From the NCBI GenBank assembly GCA_964649215.1, contig CAZYOV010000003.1, positions 1 to 53,497 on the forward strand: a DNA stretch of 53,497 nt, in the 5' to 3' direction. This document shows positions 46,354 to 53,497 of this stretch, piece after piece. The first letter of the stretch is position 1; each line of letters opens with the position of its first letter. The position numbers and the translations under genes are program-made. The notes under the pieces were generated by a model. It made no database searches and was not told where the DNA came from. It was given only the letters and a program-made list of their open reading frames with translations. Origin of the DNA: an uncultured Dehalococcoidia bacterium. Its GTDB lineage: Bacteria > Chloroflexota > Dehalococcoidia > SM23-28-2 > RBG-16-64-32.

Positions 46354-46953
46354 ATGGCCGAAATCCTGTCAGAAGAGCTCATTGCCTACGTCCGACACGG
46401 GCGCGAGGAGCGCCGTCTTGAGTATAAAGAGAAACTCGACTGGGACACACCATCTCACAAAGCCAAGGTGGTAAAAGCAGCGCTCGGCATGAGCAACATA
46501 CGCGATGGAGGGGTCCTCGTGATCGGCGTGGGAAATGACGGAACGCCGAAAGGCTTGAAGAAGGAGCCGGCCAGCAAGTTCACGCATGATGCGGTAGCCG
46601 CACAAGTAAACGAATTCGCTGCCCCATACGCGGAGGTTACCGTCCACGTTGGCCGGACTGATGCGGCCAACACCTCTTGGTACGTGGTGATCCAGATACA
46701 AGAGTTCGCGGAGGTCCCAGTCGTCTGCCGGAAAGACGGCCACAACTTGAGGCAGGGCGCCATCTATACGAGGGGCCGCCGCATCCACGAGACAGCCGAG
46801 GTAAGGACCGAGGCTGAAATGCGGGAGATACTCGATATCTCAGTCGAGAAGGGCATTCGAGCCTTCTACCGAAGGGCTGAAGCGGCCGGCCTAGACGTGT
46901 CGCCAAGGGCCACAGACAGAGCGCGATTCGACGCCCAATTGGAAGGTCTATGA
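46354..46953 (+). CDS. Schlafen/AlbA_2 domain protein
   Basis: EERRLEYKE, VVKAALGMSNIRDGGVLVIGVGND, GAIYTR. Confidence 0.85.
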   Translation: MAEILSEELIAYVRHGREERRLEYKEKLDWDTPSHKAKVVKAALGMSNIRDGGVLVIGVGNDGTPKGLKKEPASKFTHDAVAAQVNEFAAPYAEVTVHVGRTDAANTSWYVVIQIQEFAEVPVVCRKDGHNLRQGAIYTRGRRIHETAEVRTEAEMREILDISVEKGIRAFYRRAEAAGLDVSPRATDRARFDAQLEGL

Positions 46954-47637
46954 ATGGCTGAGCTGCTGGATAGGATTCACGGCACGGCGTACTGGCGCGT
47001 GACCATCAGACCGTCCGAGTTCGATCCTAGCCGCGTCCCCACGCTAGGCCAATGCAAGGACATTGTGGAAGCTTCCCAGGTCGTGCTCCGGGGATGGGAC
47101 TATCCGCATATCGAGGAGATCACATCGGGCGGGAGCGACTGGATAGAGTCGCAGTGCCATTGGGAAGGAAGACATCTCGAGTACTGGCGCTTCTACATGA
47201 GCGCGCAGTTTGCGCATCACTTTACGCTCATAGAGGATTTCCACAGACTGACGAGATCCCCCGCGCCCGAGCGCTACATGCTCGTACTGAACGCTCTCTA
47301 CACAGTCACGGAAGTCTTCGAATTTGCTGCCCGTCTCGCCCACCACGGTGTCCTGCGCCCGGCTGCAGACCTGTCAATCCGCATTCACGGAACGCAGGGG
47401 CGTGAACTGACGTATCAGGACCTCTTCCACTCGGTCGGGTTCGGACCGTATGTCTGTCGGCAATCTGACATCCGATACGAGACCCAAGCCTCTGAGGCAC
47501 AGCTGCTCGGCCAAGCTGCCAATCTAGCCGTAGATGCCGCGATCGCAATCTTTGAAGCGTTTCAGTGGTTCAATCCTCCCAAGGCACAGCTAATCGAAGA
47601 ACAGGCCAAACTCCTTGAACGGAGGCTTGGCGTTTGA
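46954..47637 (+). CDS. Hypothetical partner of the AlbA_2 protein
   Basis: Starts directly after the AlbA_2 stop in the same frame; LRGWDYPH, EYWRFY.S.QF motifs. Confidence 0.7.
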   Translation: MAELLDRIHGTAYWRVTIRPSEFDPSRVPTLGQCKDIVEASQVVLRGWDYPHIEEITSGGSDWIESQCHWEGRHLEYWRFYMSAQFAHHFTLIEDFHRLTRSPAPERYMLVLNALYTVTEVFEFAARLAHHGVLRPAADLSIRIHGTQGRELTYQDLFHSVGFGPYVCRQSDIRYETQASEAQLLGQAANLAVDAAIAIFEAFQWFNPPKAQLIEEQAKLLERRLGV

Positions 47638-47648
47638 CCAACCATCGC

Positions 47649-47676
47649 CCGCACACTAAGACCTGTTAGTGGACCT
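47649..47676. other. Putative recombination site C (dif-like, 11+6+11)
   Basis: CCGCACACTAA-GACCTG-TTAGTGGACCT, 11 nt after the upstream stop. Confidence 0.72.
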
Positions 47677-47735
47677 CCGATCAATAGGCGGACACCTTGG
47701 CTTTCCCGCCTGAATCGGCGTAAAATCACCCTGCA

Positions 47736-50078
47736 ATGCCCCTCTCAGAAGCGGACACTCGTGCCAAACTCATCGATCCCGCCCTACATAACCGGGGCTG
47801 GACCGAAGACCTTATCCGCCGTGAGGAAACCGCACCGGCCGTCGAGATCATCGAGGGCAAGCCTCGACGTAGGTCGCAGGGACGCGTGGACTACACGCTG
47901 CGCGTCCGCGTGAACGCGGAGACGCAGCCGGTGGCCGTCGCTCTGCTCGAGGCCAAGCCCGCGGATTCGCCTCCTGGCCTCGGCCTCGAGCAAGCCAAGG
48001 GCTACGCTCGCCGTCTCAATGTGCCCTTGGTGTACTCCTCCAACGGTCACCAGTACGTCGAATACGACAACTATACAGGGCTTACGACACGCCCCCGCCA
48101 ACTCTCTCGCTTCCCCTCTCCGCACGATCTTCGCACTCGCTACGAGGCCCTGGTCGGCTTCACGCTCGATAGCGGTGCCGCAAAACCCCTCCTGGCCCGC
48201 TATCCCGGCGGCGAGGCCACTCGCCGCTACTATCAGGACGCGGCGATCCGGGCGACTTTGGAGAAGTTCGCTCGTGGGAACAAGCGCGCCCTGCTATCCC
48301 TAGCCACCGGTTCCGGGAAGACCTTTATCGCCGTGCACCTTCTCAGGAAGATAGCCGACGCCGGGCAACTGCGCCGTGCCCTCTTCGTCTGCGACCGTGA
48401 CGAGTTGCGTTCCCAGGGGCTGGCCGCCTTCCAGAACATATTCGGCGCAGACGCTGCGGAGATTACTTCCTCCAACGCTCAGAAGAACGCCCGCATCCTG
48501 ATTGGCACCTACCAGACCCTGAACGTGAGCGGTGAGGACGAAGATGCGCGGTTTCTCACCGACAACTACCCGGAAAACTACTTCAGCCACATCGTCATGG
48601 ACGAATGCCACCGCTCCGCCTGGGGGAAGTGGAGCAACGTGCTCACGCGCAACCCGAACGCCTTCCAGGTCGGCCTCACCGCCACCCCCCGCCGCATCAT
48701 CGGTGGCAGCCGGGACGAACGCTCCGAAGACGAACAGATCTCCGCAAATAATTTGCAGCACTTCGGCGAGCCGGTATACGAGTACGACATGTCGCAGGGC
48801 ATCGAGGACGGCTGGCTCGCCGCTTGCGAGGTCATCCGCCGCATCATCAGTCTGGATCAATCCGGTGTGACCCGTGACGACATTGAGCGGCTCACCGCCG
48901 AGGTGACGGATGCCAATACAGGTGAGGTGGTTTCTCTCGCCGAAACTCGTGAACGTTACGATGCGCCGTCTTTCGAGGACAATATCCAGCTTCCGGATCG
49001 CGTATCGGCCACATGCGCTGACCTCTTCCAGCATCTTCTGGCTACCGGCGGACCCGAGCAGAAGACCATCGTCTTTTGCGCCCGCGACACCCACGCTGAC
49101 GCTGTGGCCGCCGAAATGAACAACCTCTACGCCGAATCGTGCCGCCAGAACGACCGAGAGCGCCGCGACCCCTACGCCTTCAAATGCACCGCCGCCGTCG
49201 GCGGCAGCCAGCACATCGCTGACCTGAAGGGCCTCCAGCGCTCGCACTTCATCGCCACGACCGTCGAACTGCTCACGACGGGGGTCGATGTGCCGCCCGT
49301 ACGCAACATCGTCTTCCTCAAGTACGTCCGTTCCCCCATCGCCTTCTACCAGATGGTCGGTCGCGGCACCCGAATCGACATCCCCAACAATAAGCTCATG
49401 TTCCGCGTCTACGACTACACCAACGCCACCCGCCTCTTCGGAGAGGAGTTCGTCAGCCGACCCACCCCCAGCCGTGAGCCGCCGGAGGACTCCCCGGAAG
49501 CCCCCAAGGAGCGCACTATCCGCGTCGAGGGCTTCGACGTTCGTATAGGCGATGCTGGCACGTACGTCGTCATGAACGTCGACGGCAAGGCGATGCCCGT
49601 CACCGTGGAGGAGTATCGCGAGCGCCTCGCGGAGCGGCTGGTTGAGCAAGCCCCCACGCTGGACGACTTCCGCCGTCGCTGGATCGCGCCCCCTGACCGC
49701 CGCGCCCTCATCGACCGTCTCCCCAACGATGGCAGCGGCGCTCGCCTCCTCCGTGACCTCACCGGCCTCCAGGACTGTGACCTCTACGACGTGCTCGCCG
49801 AGACCGCCTACGGCCTCGCCCCTAAGACCCGTGATGAGCGTGTCCAGGCCTTCGCCTACAAGCACAAGCGCTGGCTCCGCCGACAGCCGGAGCCCGCCGC
49901 CGCAACTATTCAAGCCCTCGCCTCTCAGTTCGCTCAGGGCGGCATCGAAGCCATGGAGAACCCCCACGTCTTTCAGGCGCCTGACGTGGCCCAGGCTGGC
50001 GGCTTGGCCGCCCTCAGCAAGTTGGGCCAGCCTGCGGACATCCTCCGCCAGACCAAGGAAAGGCTCCTGGCGGCATGA
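47736..50078 (+). CDS. hsdR: Type I restriction enzyme subunit R (EcoAI/EcoEI-like)
   Basis: MPLSEADTRAKLIDPAL, VDY..EAK nuclease motif, ATGSGKT, DECH, GLTATP, QMVGRGTR. Confidence 0.93.
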   Translation: MPLSEADTRAKLIDPALHNRGWTEDLIRREETAPAVEIIEGKPRRRSQGRVDYTLRVRVNAETQPVAVALLEAKPADSPPGLGLEQAKGYARRLNVPLVYSSNGHQYVEYDNYTGLTTRPRQLSRFPSPHDLRTRYEALVGFTLDSGAAKPLLARYPGGEATRRYYQDAAIRATLEKFARGNKRALLSLATGSGKTFIAVHLLRKIADAGQLRRALFVCDRDELRSQGLAAFQNIFGADAAEITSSNAQKNARILIGTYQTLNVSGEDEDARFLTDNYPENYFSHIVMDECHRSAWGKWSNVLTRNPNAFQVGLTATPRRIIGGSRDERSEDEQISANNLQHFGEPVYEYDMSQGIEDGWLAACEVIRRIISLDQSGVTRDDIERLTAEVTDANTGEVVSLAETRERYDAPSFEDNIQLPDRVSATCADLFQHLLATGGPEQKTIVFCARDTHADAVAAEMNNLYAESCRQNDRERRDPYAFKCTAAVGGSQHIADLKGLQRSHFIATTVELLTTGVDVPPVRNIVFLKYVRSPIAFYQMVGRGTRIDIPNNKLMFRVYDYTNATRLFGEEFVSRPTPSREPPEDSPEAPKERTIRVEGFDVRIGDAGTYVVMNVDGKAMPVTVEEYRERLAERLVEQAPTLDDFRRRWIAPPDRRALIDRLPNDGSGARLLRDLTGLQDCDLYDVLAETAYGLAPKTRDERVQAFAYKHKRWLRRQPEPAAATIQALASQFAQGGIEAMENPHVFQAPDVAQAGGLAALSKLGQPADILRQTKERLLAA

Positions 50079-51325
50079 CAGCCGCGACGCCTCCCGTGGA
50101 GAATCGTTCGCCGCTTCCCCCCGGCTGGCGCTGGGCCCGCCTGGGCGACCTCTTTGACATACAACAAGGTGTCGCAATGTCGCCTGCCCGACGCCATGGC
50201 ACCCCCCTTCGACCCTTTCTGCGCACTATCAACATCGTTTGGGGCGGGGTTGACCTCTCCGTCCTCGACAGGATGCATTTCACCGATCAAGAGGTCGCGA
50301 GGCTGTGCTTGAAGGAAGGTGACCTCTTAGTTTGCGAAGGCGGCGACGTAGGTAGAACGGGCATCTGGAGAGGCCAGCTCGATGTATGTCTATACCAGAA
50401 CCACGTCCACAGGCTGCGCGTGCGGGACAGTGACGTTGTTCCCGAGGTCTACATGTACTGGATGCAGGCAGCAATGCAGCTCGGCGTTTACGCCGGCCAG
50501 TGGGGTGAGACCACTATAGCCAACCTTTCATCGTCGCGGCTTAGTTCGTTCCAAGTGCCCCTCCCTCCCCTTCCCGAGCAACGCCGCATCGCCGCCGTCC
50601 TCAGCGAGCAACTCGACGCCGTGCGGCGCGCCCGCGCCGCCGCCCTCGCCCGCCTTGAGGCCGCCCGCGCCCTCCCCGCCGCCTTCCTCCGCGCCCTCTT
50701 CGACTCCGACGAGGCCCAGCACTGGCCAAGGGTGGGGTTGGGGGAGATCGCGGCAGTGAACTACGGCCTAACCAAGGACCCGATCCGTTCGGCCGGACCG
50801 AACCAGATCCCCTATCTCAGGGTGGCAAATGTGCAGGAGAGTTGGGTAGATACAGATGACATACTCACCCTCCACGTCGATCCAGCAGAGTATGACAATG
50901 TATTGCTTCGTCCGGGAGACTTACTCTTTACTGAAGGCAATAGCAAGAAGTTGGTCGGTCGTTGTGCTCTCTGGCATGGCCAAGTCGATCCATGCTCGCA
51001 TCAGAACCACATTCTGCGCGCTCGGGTGCATGAGGGGGTTGGACTGCCCGAATTCCTGTTCTTCTACGCTCGGAGTCCTGTGGGGCGGTCTTATTTCTTC
51101 TCAGTAGCCAAGCAAACAACCGGGATCGCGACGATGAATTCCACGCAACTCAGGAACTTCGAGGTTCCATGGCCTGACATGGCTACACAGGAATCAGCGG
51201 TTCGTGCCTTGCAATCACACATGGCCGCCATAAGTGAAACCCGCCGCCACGCCGAGGCCGAACTCGCCGCCATCGACGCCCTCCCCCACGCCCTCCTACG
51301 CCGCGCCTTCGCCGGAGAACTGTAA
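50075..51325 (+). CDS. hsdS: Type I R-M specificity subunit with two TRDs
   Basis: LPPGWRW.RLG, PLPPLPEQRRIA, two variable regions, C-terminal LLRRAFAGEL. Confidence 0.93.
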   Translation: MTAATPPVENRSPLPPGWRWARLGDLFDIQQGVAMSPARRHGTPLRPFLRTINIVWGGVDLSVLDRMHFTDQEVARLCLKEGDLLVCEGGDVGRTGIWRGQLDVCLYQNHVHRLRVRDSDVVPEVYMYWMQAAMQLGVYAGQWGETTIANLSSSRLSSFQVPLPPLPEQRRIAAVLSEQLDAVRRARAAALARLEAARALPAAFLRALFDSDEAQHWPRVGLGEIAAVNYGLTKDPIRSAGPNQIPYLRVANVQESWVDTDDILTLHVDPAEYDNVLLRPGDLLFTEGNSKKLVGRCALWHGQVDPCSHQNHILRARVHEGVGLPEFLFFYARSPVGRSYFFSVAKQTTGIATMNSTQLRNFEVPWPDMATQESAVRALQSHMAAISETRRHAEAELAAIDALPHALLRRAFAGEL

Positions 51326-52836
51326 TGGTTCGCACCGCTGGAGCCCGCCTCAACGTCCCCCAGGACGTCAACACCTACGTCAAGTCCATCTGTGACATCA
51401 TGCGCCGCTCCAACTGCGCCGGCGCCCTCCAGTACGTCCCCGAACTAACGTGGATGCTCTTCCTCCGCATCCTGGACCAGCGCGAGGACGAAGAGGCCAG
51501 CAACGCCGCCGCCGTCGACGTCCCGTTCACCCCCACCCTTCAGCAGCCCTACCGCTGGCGCGACTGGGCCGCCCGCCACGGCCCTAAGCGCCAGGAGCTA
51601 CAGGACGGCACCCTCGGCGCCTTCATGGCCTTCGTCGACCAAGACCTCATCCGTCACCTTAGAACCCTCAAAGACCGCCCCGGCGCCACCCCCCGCCAGA
51701 AGATCGTCAGCGAGGTCTTCTCCGGCGTCGAGCGCTCCGGCATCGACACCGAGCGCAACCTCCTTGACATCCTCGACCGCCTCGATGACCTCAGCGTCCA
51801 ACAGGTCGACAACACCCACGTCTTCACCCTCTCCCAAGTCTATGAGGGCCTGCTCCTAAAGATGGGCGAGAAGAACAACGACGGCGGCCAGTTCTTTACC
51901 CCCCGCGAGATCATCCGCGCCATGGTCCGCGCTGTAGACCCCCGCGTCGGCGAAACCGTCTACGACCCATGCTGCGGCACCGGCGGCTTCCTCGCCCAAA
52001 GCTACGAGCACATGCTCAGCCAGGCCGGCACCGGCGACGACATTCAGACCTTAAAGGAGCGCACCTTCTATGGCCGGGAGAAAGAGAATATAGTCTACCC
52101 CATCGCTCTCGCGAACCTCATCCTCCACGGCATCGACGAGCCGCACATCTGGCACGGCAACACCCTCACCGGCCAAGAGGTGTACGGCGGCCTCTTTGAC
52201 GACGCACCAGACCTGTTCGACGTAGTGCTCACGAATCCCCCTTTCGGTGGCAAGGAGGGGAAAGAGGCGCGGACGCGCTTTCCGTACAAGACGGGCTCCA
52301 CCCAAGTCCTCTTTCTCCAGGAGGTCATGCAAAGGCTCAAAGATGGCGCTCGCTGCGGCATCGTCGTCGATGAGGGCTTCCTGTTCCGCACCAACGAGAA
52401 CGCGTTCGTCCAGACGAAGCGGAAGCTCCTGGACGAGTTCAACGTCTGGTGCATCGTTAGCCTTCCCGCCGGCGTCTTCATGAACGCCGGCGCCGCCAGC
52501 AAGACGAACCTCCTGTTCTTCACCGAGGGCAACCCCACGGAGTCGATCTGGTACTACGACCTCTCCGACATCAAGGTCACAAAGCGCCAGCCCTTCACCC
52601 TCGACCGCTTCGACGACTTTTTCCGACTGCTCCCCGGCCGCGAAGACAGCGACCGTAGCTGGTCCGTCCCCGTCGCCGACCTGAAGGCCAAGAACTATGA
52701 CCTCAAGGCTGTTAACCCCAACGCAAAGGTCGTCGAAGACACCCGCACGCCCAAAGAGCTTCTCGCCATCATCGAGGAGGAGGGCCGCAAGATCACGGAT
52801 GCCCTGGCTGCCCTTAGGAGAAATGCCTCGAAGTAG
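51325..52836 (+). CDS. hsdM: Type I R-M N6-adenine methyltransferase
   Basis: GQFFTPR, YDPCCGTGGFL, LTNPPFGG. Confidence 0.95.
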   Translation: MVRTAGARLNVPQDVNTYVKSICDIMRRSNCAGALQYVPELTWMLFLRILDQREDEEASNAAAVDVPFTPTLQQPYRWRDWAARHGPKRQELQDGTLGAFMAFVDQDLIRHLRTLKDRPGATPRQKIVSEVFSGVERSGIDTERNLLDILDRLDDLSVQQVDNTHVFTLSQVYEGLLLKMGEKNNDGGQFFTPREIIRAMVRAVDPRVGETVYDPCCGTGGFLAQSYEHMLSQAGTGDDIQTLKERTFYGREKENIVYPIALANLILHGIDEPHIWHGNTLTGQEVYGGLFDDAPDLFDVVLTNPPFGGKEGKEARTRFPYKTGSTQVLFLQEVMQRLKDGARCGIVVDEGFLFRTNENAFVQTKRKLLDEFNVWCIVSLPAGVFMNAGAASKTNLLFFTEGNPTESIWYYDLSDIKVTKRQPFTLDRFDDFFRLLPGREDSDRSWSVPVADLKAKNYDLKAVNPNAKVVEDTRTPKELLAIIEEEGRKITDALAALRRNASK

Positions 52837-52903
52837 CAGCCGCAACCCCAGGGTTCCAAGTAGCCCAACCGCCGGAATACAACGGACCCAAAGGGGGACT
52901 CTA

Positions 52904-52931
52904 CCCGATACTAACCACACTTATCGACAGT
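52904..52931. other. Putative recombination site D (dif-like, divergent)
   Basis: CCCGATACTAA-CCACAC-TTATCGACAGT; GTCAAG follows at 52930-52935. Confidence 0.5.
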
Positions 52932-53031
52932 CAAGCCCGTGCTGTGCCTGGGGGTCGAGGTCTGAGGTAGAATGTCCCTACGGGGCCTGGGAAAATGCCC
53001 GGACGCAGCGACCTCTAGGGTGCGGAGTAGC

Positions 53032-53497
53032 ATGACTGAGCTTTCGGATTCAGCCGAGCCTGGACGCCAACCCGGCACCCACGGGCATGATGAGGAGTTG
53101 GTGCGTGCCCTGCTCACCGCCACCGGTCAGGGGATCTACGGTGTCGACCTCGAAGGCAACTGCACGTTTGCCAATCCGGCCTGCGTGACCATGCTGGGCT
53201 ACGGAAGTGACCAAGAGCTGCTGGGCAAGAACATGCATGCGCTCATCCACCACACCCGCCCGAGCGGAGAGCCCTATCCGGTCGAGGAGTGCCGAATCTA
53301 CCGGGCCTTCATTGAAGGCGAAGGGACCCACGCCGGCGACGAGATTGTGTGGCGGGCGGACAGCACCAGCTTCCCCGCCGAGTACTGGTCTTACCCGCTG
53401 TTCCTGCATTCGAAGCTGGCCGGCTGCGTCGTCGCGTTCGTCAACATCACCGAGCGCAAGCGCGCCGAGGAGGAGCTGCGACAGACGGAGAAGCTAT
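53032..53497 (+). CDS. PAS-domain sensor protein, probably a histidine kinase; 3'-truncated and absent from the ORF track
   Basis: My translation from ATG 53032: GIYGVDLEGNCTFANPA..LGY..LLGKNMHALIH..DITER-like NITERKRAEEELRQTEKL; TAGAAT at 52968-52973. Confidence 0.85.
   Translation, partial: MTELSDSAEPGRQPGTHGHDEELVRALLTATGQGIYGVDLEGNCTFANPACVTMLGYGSDQELLGKNMHALIHHTRPSGEPYPVEECRIYRAFIEGEGTHAGDEIVWRADSTSFPAEYWSYPLFLHSKLAGCVVAFVNITERKRAEEELRQTEKL

Larger units (their letters stand above)
39849..53497. mobile_element. Serine-integrase genomic island in comM; other end not found in the window
   Basis: comM truncation, adjacent large serine recombinase, second recombinase and defence cargo; no 3' comM fragment seen. 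Confidence 0.78.

Noticed and set aside
48300-50177. 625-aa minus-strand ORF and similar long ORFs opposite real genes (1470-2513, 7000-8028, 12026-12796, 15803-16567, 52051-52920)
   Set aside because: Antisense shadows of GC-rich genes with no motifs of their own
45353-52931. Classical integron with attC sites
   Set aside because: No RYYYAAC..GTTRRRY long imperfect hairpins and no evident IntI-specific insertion in the recombinase; reported instead as a dif-like array

Overview
GC-rich bacterial chromosome segment; gene content and protein style suggest Chloroflexota (Dehalococcoidia-like), which is inference. Bases 1-39.8 kb are mostly core genes: nuoN (5'-truncated), ybeY, dnaX-ybaB-recR-recO, metG-tatD-polyprenyl synthase, rsmI, a GuaB3-like IMPDH, hisS-prfA-prmC, an NHEJ locus (two ligases and Ku), rel and comM. 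Accessory blocks are interspersed: a SigK/RskA-DUF4331-TPR-Ni/Co transporter cluster, a pseudo-archaemetzincin lipoprotein, and a 2.9 kb cassette between the two ends of a destroyed hydrolase-cyclase gene. Short palindromic repeats occur between genes and in frame inside dnaX. comM is cut at its NPCPCG motif (about 39848) by an element carrying a large serine recombinase; the element appears to run off the right end of the window. The most notable signal is inside this element. A XerC-like tyrosine recombinase gene points away from a co-oriented series of modules (DUF3090; Schlafen/AlbA_2 pair; type I R-M; PAS kinase), and 28-bp dif-like sites (ACTAA-N6-TTA) sit at each module boundary. This is an integron-like layout that uses dif-type sites rather than attC. 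No tRNA, rRNA or CRISPR array was recognised. All family calls come from motif recognition, not database searches.
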